Positions 19,265 through 29,564 of a stretch of DNA of 64,000 bases are shown piece after piece. This DNA is from Candidatus Hydrogenedentota bacterium (GTDB lineage: Bacteria; Hydrogenedentota; Hydrogenedentia; Hydrogenedentales; SLHB01). The position numbers and the translations under genes are program-made. Under the pieces are notes generated by a model. It saw nothing but the letters and a program-made list of their open reading frames with translations, was not told the origin of the DNA and made no database searches. Where the stretch lies: NCBI GenBank assembly GCA_963745075.1, contig CAVUWV010000024.1:160001-224000 (forward strand), written 5' to 3'. Each line of letters starts with the position of its first letter. The first letter of the stretch is position 1.

Positions 19265-19737
19265 TGCAATTGCTCCAACAACAGTTCAAGGGCCTTCTCG
19301 GCCGTCTGTTCTTTAATCGATTCCCGGGGCCCCGTGAAATGATTGCACAGAACGTGCGTCTCCCGCGCACCCGCCACCGCGATGTAGACCAGCCCCACGG
19401 GTTTCTCCTTGGTACCGCCGGTCGGACCCGCTATGCCCGTTACGCCGACGCCCCAGTCCGCGTCGAAGCATTTCCGCGCACCTTGGGCCATTTGCCGCGA
19501 CACCGTCTCGCTGACCGCGCCAAACCGGTCGATGTCGTCAACGGATACGCCCAATAAATCACTCTTGGCCTCGTTGCTGTACGTGACCACCCCGCCCAGA
19601 AAATAGCTGGAAGACCCCGGCACATTCGTGATGCGATGCGCTATAAGGCCCCCCGAACAGGACTCCGCCGTGGCCATCCGCTGGCCCGACATGGTAAGCC
19701 GCTCCCCCACAAGTACTTCCAGCTTATTCGTCGGCAT
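19261..19737 (-). CDS. pncC: CinA C-terminal / nicotinamide-mononucleotide deamidase
   Basis: TAESCSGG, YSNEAK, GAVS, TGIAGPTGG, KPVGLVY. Confidence 0.9.
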   Translation of the reverse strand: MPTNKLEVLVGERLTMSGQRMATAESCSGGLIAHRITNVPGSSSYFLGGVVTYSNEAKSDLLGVSVDDIDRFGAVSETVSRQMAQGARKCFDADWGVGVTGIAGPTGGTKEKPVGLVYIAVAGARETHVLCNHFTGPRESIKEQTAEKALELLLEQLQ

Positions 19738-19916
19738 CGGGGGAGTATTCCATGGTCCGCAGATCCCTTCGGTGATAGCCCTACACTACCACCGCCGGAA
19801 CGGGTCTGGCAACCCACGCTGCGAGCGTTTCGCCCACTGGGAGCGCCACGCACCAGCGTGGCGAAGACTTGGAGCCAACATGTCCATCACAAGAACTACT
19901 GCGCCCGCAGCGCCAT

Positions 19917-22091
19917 TCAGAACCGGCCATACTTTCCCAGCATCCGCCGCGCCGTCGCCACGGGATCCCCGACTGGCCGCCCCGGGTACGTCTCCGTGTC
20001 GTGCGTCCATCGTTCCTCCCAGTCACGTATCCGTTCCTCATAGGCTTCCGGATCGAACGCCTGGTCAGCCTCGACCGCCTCACGCAGCGCCTGAATGAAC
20101 TGCGCCCAGCGCGGCAGGTAAAACCCGTCTATCAACCCCGACCACTGTTTCGCGGCGTAGTCGTGGAGAACGCTGTCGCGCGGACCCCACAGCGTGATTT
20201 GGTTCCTGGCGTTCCATTCGTACAACCGCATCTCGTCGGGATTTCGCGCCCACCGCCTCGCGTCTTCCAACCATCGGCCCAGCAGAAATTCCTCACGCGT
20301 GCCGAGGAGTGTGTCCAAGTCCCTCAACAATTCCAGGAATTGCGTTCCGGTACTTTCGAGTTTCCGCTTGTCGCCGGCCTCGTAAGCCGCAATTAGCTCA
20401 TCGTAGATCATGTCGGCGCGAATGCAAAGCACTTGCCGCGTTACGTGTACGATGTCGTACTGATACGTGGGAATATCCTTGAGTTCATCCGCCGCGGCGA
20501 GAAGGTCCTTACATGCCTGCTCCAACGTTTCCGCCGAGTAGGGGACACGCGGGGCCTTGCCGCGCGAAATGAAATCGATTCGAGGCCGATTGCGGATGAT
20601 ACTGCCGATCTGCTGGGGCTGAGAATACACCGTCTCCAGTAGTTGTCGCCAAGCCTCGGCGGCCCGTTCGTTCTGAACCCCATAGCGACGCGCGGCGTAC
20701 TTCGTCACCCACTGGTTCAAATCCAATTCGGACGGTGCCCACATCAGGTCGTTCATCAAGTCATAGACGACCGGATTCCATCCGAGCCCCTCCATAATGC
20801 AGCCCGCGCCCACAAGCTCCCCGCGATTCTTGCTCGTCAACGCGCGATTCAGGTTGGCCGTAATCTGGGGGAGACCGCCGTGAAGACTTACCTGATTCCC
20901 AAAACTTTGAATGATGCACCAGATCCAGGGATTGCCGTAGAACGCCTCTGTCGTTTCCCAGGTTGGCTGGTGTTCGCAATACAGGTCCAGTACGATCATC
21001 CGGCCATTCGGTACGGAAGTCAGCAAGGCCTCCGTCTGGGGCGCCTTCCAGAACGTGGCGTTGTTGAAGAAGAGCCACCCCTGCATGAGCCACACCGCTT
21101 CCGGGTCGGCTCCCGCCATGGCCTCGTAAACGGCTCTTCCCATGCTTTTAAGAAAGGCCGGATCGTTGCTCGGCGGACTCATCTCGATAAACGTGTCCGA
21201 CGCGTAAAAGTGGTCGCTTCCAAACAGCCGGGTTTGCTCTTTAACGAAAGCGTGACCAATCCGTTGGAAAAACGGATCCTGGGGATCGACAAACGTCGTC
21301 CCGGGAAAACCGCACCATTGCGGTAGTTGTTGAAACTTCGCGTCGGGAAAATGCTCTTTAAGAGCGACTGGAACGTGTCCCGTGAAGCCCTGTAAGACCG
21401 GCCGCATCCCCAGTTCCCGTTCGCGCGCGACGATCTTTTCCTGTAATGCCCGGTGCTCGTCGATCCACGCTTGAGGCAGCGGCCCGCCCCAACCGTCCAT
21501 ACACCCCATCCACCCGAACGGCAGGTACGCCGGTCCGACCATGAACGCGCCGATTTCCTCGTCCGTCAGTCCCAGGTCGCGATACACGGTTTGCCACACC
21601 GCTTCCTGACCTGTTACCGCGAGCGGCAGGTTGATACCTTGCAACGCCATCCAGTCGATCACCCGTTCCCATTGCGCCCAGTCCCACCACGCCATCGAGT
21701 AGCTGAAGCAGCAGTAGTTGAAACAGTATCGGTATTCAAACGGCGTCACGACACGAATGGGTTTCGCGATGGCCGGCAAGGGGTCCGGTACGTTCAACTG
21801 ATTCCCATGAAGCGAGACGCTCGCGTTGCAGTAGTTCTTGAGATAGTGATTCAATGCCGACGCAATGGCGACGCCGTTGGAACCGCGTAGAACGATTCGA
21901 TCACCAACGCTTTCGATTTCAAACACATCTCGCACGTCTTCGGGTGGCAATGATTCGATATCGAACTTGTTTGCGCGCTCTGAAATCACCCGCTGAAGCA
22001 GGGCACGCGCCGCGTCAACCTCGTCTGCCTCAGTTGAACGAGCTTGAAAGAGTGCTCCCGCCATAAGAAGGGCCAACGTGAACCTGATCAT
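19917..22091 (-). CDS. Alpha-N-acetylglucosaminidase (GH89), secreted
   Basis: Signal peptide; NYCCFSYSMAWW, IDWMALQGIN, DTFIEM, MEG, NARNQITLWG, DYAAKQWSG. Confidence 0.92.
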   Translation of the reverse strand: MIRFTLALLMAGALFQARSTEADEVDAARALLQRVISERANKFDIESLPPEDVRDVFEIESVGDRIVLRGSNGVAIASALNHYLKNYCNASVSLHGNQLNVPDPLPAIAKPIRVVTPFEYRYCFNYCCFSYSMAWWDWAQWERVIDWMALQGINLPLAVTGQEAVWQTVYRDLGLTDEEIGAFMVGPAYLPFGWMGCMDGWGGPLPQAWIDEHRALQEKIVARERELGMRPVLQGFTGHVPVALKEHFPDAKFQQLPQWCGFPGTTFVDPQDPFFQRIGHAFVKEQTRLFGSDHFYASDTFIEMSPPSNDPAFLKSMGRAVYEAMAGADPEAVWLMQGWLFFNNATFWKAPQTEALLTSVPNGRMIVLDLYCEHQPTWETTEAFYGNPWIWCIIQSFGNQVSLHGGLPQITANLNRALTSKNRGELVGAGCIMEGLGWNPVVYDLMNDLMWAPSELDLNQWVTKYAARRYGVQNERAAEAWRQLLETVYSQPQQIGSIIRNRPRIDFISRGKAPRVPYSAETLEQACKDLLAAADELKDIPTYQYDIVHVTRQVLCIRADMIYDELIAAYEAGDKRKLESTGTQFLELLRDLDTLLGTREEFLLGRWLEDARRWARNPDEMRLYEWNARNQITLWGPRDSVLHDYAAKQWSGLIDGFYLPRWAQFIQALREAVEADQAFDPEAYEERIRDWEERWTHDTETYPGRPVGDPVATARRMLGKYGRF

Positions 22092-22300
22092 GCTCCAATT
22101 CCCCCGATTCGAAGCAAAAACATAGAATTCGAACACCTGAAGCAAACACTACCGAACCGCTGCAGGTACTGTACAACAGGCAGCAACGCAGAGCAATTAC
22201 ATTCGCCCGGTAATTAGTCCTTGGTCTTCTCATTTTTTGGCCGTTGGTCCGGAAGATCCCAGCAAAAGATGGGGAAGAAGGCAATCTTTCAAGAACCACT

Positions 22301-22464
22301 TAAGAACACAGGCGAGGGCGCCCGTGCCACACGTCCTACTGGAAGGATGTAGTTAGCGGATGAATCGCTGGAGTTTGTCTCTGATCCGAGCGATGCGAAA
22401 GGAAAACCAAGAACCGAGTATCGGAATAGCACGTGTGGCACAGGCGCCCCCGCCTGTGTTCTTA
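22301..22464. repeat. Inverted REP doublet (REPIN-like)
   Basis: 34-bp arms at 22301-22334 and 22431-22464 (32/34). Each arm is GTGG plus the imperfect palindrome CAC(A/G)GGCG-CCCY-CGCCTGTG. Confidence 0.8.
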
Positions 22465-22480
22465 GTCAGGTTGAAGAGTG

Positions 22481-23374
22481 TCATGGAAAATGAAAGACCC
22501 CGTCGGTTACCGCTGCCTTGCTCAACATGAAAAAGCGGCTCCCATCGTTCTGCGGGTAGCGCGCGTACTCGACGTGTCCGTCCATGAAGAGTACGTTGGC
22601 ACTAAGCGGCGTGTGGTTGACCTCGCTGATCGACAAGTATCCTCCCTGGCTGGGCCGCACCGTGTCCCACATGACCGGCACGTCGGACGCCCCCGTGGCA
22701 CTCGCTGCCGGATTGTTAATGTCGGTGATGGTAAACCGTTCGATACCGTCCCGCAGCCGATGAATCTGGATCTCTTCACCCGTGCTTGGCAGCGTCACGT
22801 ACTGGTCGTCCCATCGCGTCTCCAAATTGACACCGGACAAAGTCTGGCTATCCAGAACGATGCCCATGGCCGCCATGTCTTCCGGCGTACGTACGTCCTT
22901 CGGTTCGATCATGTATCCCCAATAAACGTACGAATAGTCGGCAAGCGATGGGTACTCTTTCATATTCTTGATCGGTTCATCATAGGGCATCGTGTTCCAC
23001 CCCGACCCGACCGGCTTGATGAACCGCGCCTTTCCGCCGAGCATTCCGAACTCCGCGTCGGACGGACAGATCGTTATCGCGCAGTCGGTAAGATACTCCG
23101 GATACAGATACACCCCGTCGAAACTGGACCAGCAACCCAGCGTTGGGCTGTACGGGAAGTGATACGGCACCATCCGCGGTGCCCAATCCCCGTGGTACTC
23201 GTCCGCGAACATGTGGAAAACCTCGCCCATCTGCTTCAGATTGCTCGCGCAGACCGCCCGCCGTGCCGATTCCCGGGCGCGTGCAAGGGCAGGAAGAATG
23301 AGCGCCGCCAGAATCGCAATGATGGCGACGACGACCAACAATTCAACGAGCGTGAAACCATGCTTGCCGTTCAT
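22481..23374 (-). CDS. DUF1559 / prepilin-type N-terminal cleavage-methylation protein with H-x10-DG C-terminal motif
   Basis: [30 protein letters not shown]...[23 protein letters not shown]. Confidence 0.92.
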   Translation of the reverse strand: MNGKHGFTLVELLVVVAIIAILAALILPALARARESARRAVCASNLKQMGEVFHMFADEYHGDWAPRMVPYHFPYSPTLGCWSSFDGVYLYPEYLTDCAITICPSDAEFGMLGGKARFIKPVGSGWNTMPYDEPIKNMKEYPSLADYSYVYWGYMIEPKDVRTPEDMAAMGIVLDSQTLSGVNLETRWDDQYVTLPSTGEEIQIHRLRDGIERFTITDINNPAASATGASDVPVMWDTVRPSQGGYLSISEVNHTPLSANVLFMDGHVEYARYPQNDGSRFFMLSKAAVTDGVFHFP

Positions 23375-23417
23375 GCCGTAATCCACCAATTTGTAGGTGC
23401 GGGACCAATTCGGAAGT

Positions 23418-23441
23418 GTGGGACCGGCGCCCTCGCCGGTC
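23418..23441 (+). repeat. Single REP-like palindrome
   Basis: GTGG-GACCGGCG-CCCT-CGCCGGTC, same architecture as the REPs at 299-371 and 22301-22464. Confidence 0.6.
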
Positions 23442-23457
23442 GTTCTCGCGAACGACC

Positions 23458-25149
23458 TTATCGTCGTCGCAGTCGCTCCAGCATCATCGGCTGCGAAATG
23501 ATCGACAACGCCGGCAGCAGTCCCAGTCCAACCAGCGCAAGAATTACCGTGAGACTGTCAAGTAACGAACCGGCACTAAAATCAAGTGCATCCATCGTCC
23601 ACACACCGAGAAACGCCGTCGCCATACTGAGAATCAATACGTTTCGGGTAAGCCGAATCGTGGAATCCGACAGACTCTGCCACGTAATTCGTTGTTTCCA
23701 GACCATCACCGTTCCGGCAATGAGCACGGCCGCTGGAATCCACACCAGCCAGAACATGAGTGCATGTTCGTTCGCTCGATCCCAGGAGTCGTTGGCCAAC
23801 GTCTGGTAGTAGAACACGCACCCGAACCAGACCAAATAGATGAGTACAGGTACAGACATCCAAAGGAGCGACCAAAGGGCCAGCCCGTACGCCACGAGGG
23901 CAAAAACAATAAACGGCAAGTGATTAAGGTCGGTGAACTCCACCGGCCGAACGCGATGGGCATCAACGCCCATTAACACGAGTCCGGTCAGTCCCAATGC
24001 CAGACAAAGACATAGATTCACAAGGACACTCTGCACGCTCATTCGAAGCCTCGCCCTGGTATATGCGTCCGTCGACAAGGGGCGCGTGTAGAGGAATGTC
24101 GAGAGACCCGAAGAAGCGTGCCGGTAATCCACAGACAACATGTAGAGGCCCGTAAAGAATGCGGCGAAGAATGATGCATATACGGGGATTAAGAGAAACG
24201 CCTCTGCGAAATCCCCAACTTCCATATCTGTTCCTTGGGCTATCCACGCAAATGTCACGGCAGCAATCGTGAAGCATACGGTCAGCCCCGGCAACACCAG
24301 CCCCTTCCGCCGCCATTCGTACCACATCTGCGCCTGTTGGGACGATGGGATGATGCGCGGGCCGCCCTTGAATATGCCCATCGGTCTCGATGCTGCGAAA
24401 GCGCCGCGGGTCGCGTGCGACCGTCCGCGCAGGACGGATATGTACGCAATAACAAGGTAGGCCGTCGCGAGTACTACCAGCACGGCAATCCCTGCGGCCG
24501 ACTCGAAGAACGGTTGGGGACGCGACGTATCAACGCCGTGACTTCTCATGACTTCAACGAAGGAGGAACTGAAAGGCGTGGAATGCGAGTACCTCATCAT
24601 TGCCAGATAGACCAAGGCAACCAGCGGTAGCCCAATCGCTACCAGTATCATGCGCCAAAGACCCGCGGATCCCCACGACCACGATACCGCCAGCGCGTAG
24701 CTGAAGATCAGAACCGCGACTACTACGTCCAGCGGCAGACTCCGGGTTACAATTTCGCCAAACTCCAGGCGCATCAGCGTAAACAGCGCCAACGACAACA
24801 GCGAAAAACTCGCCACGCGGTAGAACAGATGCACCGCCACCATCGTCCCCGTTCGCATGGGCAGGCAATAGTGCCGGTTCGGGATGCGCGCGGACAAGGA
24901 CTTCGGGTCCGCCAACGAAAACAGCGCAATGGCCCCGTACATGAACAACGCAAACCAACACATCGCGTAACTCGGCAAATCCGGGTCGCTCCACGCGTTA
25001 TTCGGGTACAAGCGCTGCATTTCCGCCAGCGAGTGTGTGACCCCGGCCCCCAGCAACAGCGACACGAAGAACGCCAGATACGTCTGCCGCCAGTTCTCCC
25101 AGAGGAGTGTTGCGATAGGACCAAAAGTGCGGGTTTTGTATGAGCGCAT
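23458..25149 (-). CDS. ABC transporter permease-like membrane protein (YtrA-regulated operon)
   Basis: Two internally similar halves (LLWENWR...[14 protein letters not shown]...LYTRP); many TM segments; last permease gene of the GntR-ABC operon. Confidence 0.7.
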   Translation of the reverse strand: MRSYKTRTFGPIATLLWENWRQTYLAFFVSLLLGAGVTHSLAEMQRLYPNNAWSDPDLPSYAMCWFALFMYGAIALFSLADPKSLSARIPNRHYCLPMRTGTMVAVHLFYRVASFSLLSLALFTLMRLEFGEIVTRSLPLDVVVAVLIFSYALAVSWSWGSAGLWRMILVAIGLPLVALVYLAMMRYSHSTPFSSSFVEVMRSHGVDTSRPQPFFESAAGIAVLVVLATAYLVIAYISVLRGRSHATRGAFAASRPMGIFKGGPRIIPSSQQAQMWYEWRRKGLVLPGLTVCFTIAAVTFAWIAQGTDMEVGDFAEAFLLIPVYASFFAAFFTGLYMLSVDYRHASSGLSTFLYTRPLSTDAYTRARLRMSVQSVLVNLCLCLALGLTGLVLMGVDAHRVRPVEFTDLNHLPFIVFALVAYGLALWSLLWMSVPVLIYLVWFGCVFYYQTLANDSWDRANEHALMFWLVWIPAAVLIAGTVMVWKQRITWQSLSDSTIRLTRNVLILSMATAFLGVWTMDALDFSAGSLLDSLTVILALVGLGLLPALSIISQPMMLERLRRR

Positions 25150-25167
25150 AGCTCCTCCTCGTCAGTC

Positions 25168-26797
25168 TCAGCTACGTCGCAACCTTTCGACCAACATCGG
25201 CTGCGCAAGGATGGGAAACGCCGGGCACAGGGACAGCGCGATCGCGGCGATGAGAACCGTGACAACGCCGAAATGGGATGCTGTGGAACTCCAAATCGAT
25301 CCCGCGATTCCCAACCACGTCATCACGCACCACGCCGCAACGACGGTGAGTACCGCACATGCCCCGGCCCAGAAGAACAGTAGATGGCGCTGGGCACTCC
25401 GAAATATGACAAGAACCGTGACCGCAATCATTGCCAGACTCGGTGGTAAGAGCATCACGGGACCTAAGGCAGGGGGCATCCCGTAACTGAAAAGCTGATA
25501 GCCCATGGTCACAAGGACAAGCCAGAACCAGAGGACCGCCCCCGGTATCGCCATCCAATACAGCGTCCACACCATCAGGACGTAGCCCGCCACGCCCATG
25601 GCAAGTCCCGGATAGGACAAAGACGACACACTCTCACGGATTCCCCCAAGCGAATCCGGCCGCGCGATGGCAGCGAGGACAACACCGATACCCATGATCG
25701 CAACGCAGACAGCCATCGTGAATCGCGACCGACTTCAAGCTCATGATCAGCCGTGCCCGGGAATGCAATTCACTGTCCGCGGCACGCGTGTACAAAAAGA
25801 TGCCGACTCCCGAAATGCGCTGGCGGTAGTCGTCGAGCAATGCCAGCATACCCGCGATGATTGCCGCCAGCGGCGCGGCATAGACCGGAAACAAGATCAT
25901 CGAGAAGCCGAGCGCGCCAAGCCGGTTTTGGGGCACGCTATAGTCCGCACACGTGACATAGAAGAACGCGCCGAAAGCGATGAACCCTACCGTCAGCGCC
26001 GGCATCAAACGTCCTTTGCGTTGCCATTCGTACGCGATCTGGGCCGCAAGCGGAGCTCATGTTCTTCGTTCTCAAGAAGAACGCAGATTCCGGACCCAGA
26101 CCCGAAATCCGCAACGGCGTTGCGCTTACGCGTCGGCCAATACGCGCTCCCTCAACGGCGATCCAGCCAATTCCCATCAATAGAATCGCGACGCTGACTA
26201 CCTTCGGAATTCCGTGCGCTTCTGCGTCTTCCATCACGCATGCTCAGTTTGGTTCCAGCATCGACAATATTCAGAACGATCGGTGTCACAACCAGCGATG
26301 CGAGGAACGCCCAGCCGCCGAACAGCCCAACCGTCCACGCCAAACATTGAACGACCAGAAAGCCCACCATTGCAATGGCGGCGGCTCCGAGAATCTGCCC
26401 GGGCATGAAGGAAAGAAACGCCAATTGAATCAACGCCGACAGCAGTGCCATCAACACGCCGATTGCGGCGAGGCGAAATCCCAGATGCACCATCGCCACC
26501 TTGCGCGGCGACAACGGCAACGCATAATGCCGCACGGGAATGCGCGGCGTAAGGTCCTTCGGGTCCGACAACGAAAAGACGAGCCACAGCCCAAAGAAGA
26601 ACACCGGCCACGCCGCCAGGATGTAGACTTCTTCGTCCAGAGTACTCAAAACCGCCCGCAAAGAGTCCTACGATCATCCCGGTCAGTGATACGCCGATCC
26701 CAAGAAGCAGGATGCCGAGAAACACCCCCCGGCTCCTCCGCCAGTCTTCCCACAGCAGCGCGCGGATGGCCGGTCCTCGCGGAAGTTTCACGCTCAT
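25168..26797 (-). pseudogene. Paralogous ABC permease broken by four +1 frameshifts (or assembly errors)
   Basis: Five ORF pieces align collinearly with the 23458-25149 protein (LLWEDWRR; SLSDPKDL..RIPVRHYALP; AQIAYEWQRKG; FLYTR; QPMLVERLRR). Shifts near 26661, 26237, 26050 and 25721. Confidence 0.8.
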
Positions 26798-27708
26798 CAC
26801 ACCGCCCTCCGGCCCGCGCGGGCCACAAAGATATCTTCCAGGCTCGGCGTGGTTTCGCCGACGATCTTGGCTTTCAGGGTAGAAACCGAGGCGCGCAAAT
26901 CCTCCAGCTTACCGTTGCATACGACCGTCCACTCCTTGCCGCGCCCTTCCACGGACAACGCGCCATCGATTTTCGGAGGTTCCGCGGGCGGCTCCTCAAA
27001 GTGCAACGTGATCGCATGGTGCGTCGCCTTGATGTGCTCCAGCGAATCACACAACACGACCCGGCTCCGGCTGATCATCGTGATCCGGTCCGCCACCCGT
27101 TCCACCTCGTCCAGCAAATGCGACGAGAACAGCACCGTCCGGCCTTCTTCCGCGACCGTCCGGATAATCGCTCCTAAAATGTCCCGGCGGACCACCGCGT
27201 CCAGCCCCGACGATGGCTCATCAAGCAAGAGCAGGGGGGGCCGGTGAGCCAGCGCGGTCAACAAACCGGCCTGGGCGCGTTGGCCCCGGGACAAGTGTTT
27301 AATCTTCGCATAGGGGTCAAGCTCGAACGTTTGCATCAGCTCCTGCGCGTACGCGTCGTCCCACTTCGGGTAGAAGGACTTCGTGTACCGCAGCAGCTCG
27401 TGAATACGCATCCAATCGGGCAGGTCATGGTCTTCGGAGAGGTACCCGATCTGCGCCAGCACTTCCTCCGGCTGCTTCACCGGGTCCTTGCCGAAAACCC
27501 GCACCACGCCGCTCTCCGGTTTCAGCAGGCCCAGCAGGTGCTTGATCAGCGTCGTCTTGCCGGCGCCATTCTCGCCCACCAGCCCATACACGCCCCCGCG
27601 CGACACCTCGAGCGAAACGTCCTGGAGTGCCGCGGTCTTTCCAAAATGTTTGGTGAGAAGGCTCACCTCCACGACCGATTCTCCGGTGAACTCTCCTGGC
27701 TTACTCAT
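26797..27708 (-). CDS. ABC transporter ATP-binding protein (YtrB-like)
   Basis: GENGAGKTT, LSRGQ, LLLDEP, SSH. Confidence 0.95.
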   Translation of the reverse strand: MSKPGEFTGESVVEVSLLTKHFGKTAALQDVSLEVSRGGVYGLVGENGAGKTTLIKHLLGLLKPESGVVRVFGKDPVKQPEEVLAQIGYLSEDHDLPDWMRIHELLRYTKSFYPKWDDAYAQELMQTFELDPYAKIKHLSRGQRAQAGLLTALAHRPPLLLLDEPSSGLDAVVRRDILGAIIRTVAEEGRTVLFSSHLLDEVERVADRITMISRSRVVLCDSLEHIKATHHAITLHFEEPPAEPPKIDGALSVEGRGKEWTVVCNGKLEDLRASVSTLKAKIVGETTPSLEDIFVARAGRRAV

Positions 27709-28120
27709 CGGATGCTTCCTCCCCGGCAATTCGCGCCTCGCGTTGAGCGAGCCCCGTGTCTTGTTCACGAACCATTTCAACCACCACATCGACGGGTACG
27801 TCGAGCTGGTGGGCTTCCGTCACCAACGCCGCCACCCGCTCTTCCAGAATCTTTTCCCGTTCCGCCCAGGCCAACGGCGACCCGGAGTCGGACACGTAGG
27901 TTCCCGCGCCCTGGCGCTTAGTCAGGATGCCGGCCACTTCCAGCTCGCGGTACGCCCGCGCCACCGTGTTGGGATTGATGAGTAGCTGCTCGGCCAGCAC
28001 GCGGATGGGGGGGACTTCGTCCCCGGCGCTCAAGCGCCCGGCAGCCACCAGGTACTTAATCTGGCTGACGATCTGCAGGTAGAGCGGGACGCCGTTCTTG
28101 GGTGATAGATGAAGCCTCAT
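27701..28120 (-). CDS. ytrA: GntR-family regulator, YtrA subfamily
   Basis: PLYLQI...PPIRVLAEQLLINPNTVARAYRELE...GAGTYV; short C-terminus; heads the ABC operon. Confidence 0.9.
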   Translation of the reverse strand: MRLHLSPKNGVPLYLQIVSQIKYLVAAGRLSAGDEVPPIRVLAEQLLINPNTVARAYRELEVAGILTKRQGAGTYVSDSGSPLAWAEREKILEERVAALVTEAHQLDVPVDVVVEMVREQDTGLAQREARIAGEEASDE

Positions 28121-28142
28121 TCAACGAACCCTCCGTTTGGAG

Positions 28143-28182
28143 ATTGTATGCATACTTTAATACAATTTTTGCCCCTTGTCAA
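28143..28182 (-). promoter_or_regulatory. sigma70 promoter overlapped by a YtrA-type operator palindrome
   Basis: Minus strand TTGACA (28182-28177), 17 nt, TAAAGT (28159-28154). Inverted repeat ATTGTAT-N10-ATACAAT at 28143-28166. Confidence 0.7.
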
Positions 28183-28248
28183 GAGGGTCCTGCACGCGGT
28201 ACCCTAAAGCTTCGTCGGCGCGGGGGCTGCCCCGCCGGTGTGAATGGG

Positions 28249-28277
28249 TTGCCAGAACAACGAGATTGGGGTATACT
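28249..28277 (+). promoter_or_regulatory. sigma70 promoter, probably leaderless, for the lytic transglycosylase
   Basis: TTGCCA-17-TATACT, with ATG 6 nt downstream and no SD. Confidence 0.55.
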
Positions 28278-28283
28278 CTTGAC

Positions 28284-29384
28284 ATGATGAAGAGCGGTAC
28301 TTCATCGCACGGAGAGGGGTTTTCACGTTTGGCGCTGTTACTTCTACGTGCCTCGCTATGTCTCACGGTTGGGCTATCCGTGGTGCCTGCCTCCTTCGGC
28401 CAATCCGCACCCGTCAACCGTACCGCAACCATTAAGTCCCCGAACGCGCCCGATCCCTCCATGGAAAACCGGCGCGAACAGCTCGACCGCGCACAACGTC
28501 AAGCCGAGTTGAAGAACGAACTCCTCCGCCAACGGAAACTATCCGGACGCCTCAATTCCTTCGGGGCCTTTCAGCCCGAAGACGGCGGCGCCGCAATGTT
28601 GACGAATCGGACCTACAAGTATCGCAAGCGCGGTGATTACACCGAGATCAAACTCGACTTCGATCCCATTGTGATCCCAGATCGATATCGCAAACCACCC
28701 GTCCGCTATACCGATTCTCAGATCCACGAGTTGGTCCGTCTTTATTGCAACAAGTACGGCCTTGACGAGAGCCTCGTTCACGCCATGATCCACGTGGAAA
28801 GTCTGGGCAACCCGAATGCAGTATCGAACAAGGGCGCGAGTGGCCTCATGCAGCTCATGCCGGGCACCGCGAAAGACATGGGCGTGCGGAACATCTTCGA
28901 CCCTGCCGAAAACATCGCGGGCGGTACCCAGTTCCTCGCGAAGTTACTGGACCTCTTCGACGGCAACGTGTCGCTGGCCCTGGCCGGGTACAACGCCGGG
29001 CCGGAGAACGTGAAGAAGTACGACGGCATCCCGCCGTTCCGGGAAACGCAGAACTACGTACGGAACGTGCTCGCAAAATGGAAGTTGTATTCCGGCAACG
29101 GAAACAACATCAAATACCCGAAAGTGTTGCCCCATGCGGAAACGCCCAAACTGCTCGCCAAGAACGATCCCAAGACGGTCGCGTCCGTGAGGCCCTCTCA
29201 GCCCGCCGCGCCGGCCAAACCCCGCGTTCGCTTCAAGAGTGGCACCGTACAGGAAGCCGACCGCATCGTGGTCGAAGGTGATTACTACTACATCGAAGCC
29301 GGCGGCCGGAACCTCCGCATTCACAAAGACCAGATCGACACCGTCGAAGGCGCGGAATTATCCAAACTCGCGGCCAAGATGTAG
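28284..29384 (+). CDS. Lytic transglycosylase (SLT/GH23)
   Basis: IHVESLGNPNAVS.KGASGLMQLMP, GYNAGP, ETQNYV; N-terminal signal/TM segment. Confidence 0.92.
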   Translation: MMKSGTSSHGEGFSRLALLLLRASLCLTVGLSVVPASFGQSAPVNRTATIKSPNAPDPSMENRREQLDRAQRQAELKNELLRQRKLSGRLNSFGAFQPEDGGAAMLTNRTYKYRKRGDYTEIKLDFDPIVIPDRYRKPPVRYTDSQIHELVRLYCNKYGLDESLVHAMIHVESLGNPNAVSNKGASGLMQLMPGTAKDMGVRNIFDPAENIAGGTQFLAKLLDLFDGNVSLALAGYNAGPENVKKYDGIPPFRETQNYVRNVLAKWKLYSGNGNNIKYPKVLPHAETPKLLAKNDPKTVASVRPSQPAAPAKPRVRFKSGTVQEADRIVVEGDYYYIEAGGRNLRIHKDQIDTVEGAELSKLAAKM

Positions 29385-29436
29385 CGCCCGCGATCCTCGA
29401 AAAACTCTACACATTGTGCTTCCGAACGATTTCTCG

Positions 29437-29465
29437 TTGAAAAACGCCAAGGCCTGTGGTAGCAT
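29437..29465 (+). promoter_or_regulatory. Putative sigma70 promoter for kdsB-pyrG
   Basis: TTGAAA-17-TAGCAT with TG extension. Confidence 0.45.
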
Positions 29466-29564
29466 ACAATCCCGTTAGGAAACGGGACACTCCTTCCTCA
29501 GATCCTAACCCATGTACGTTGAATCCGCAGGGGAAACCGGTGCATCCAGGATCGAGGTATTTTG

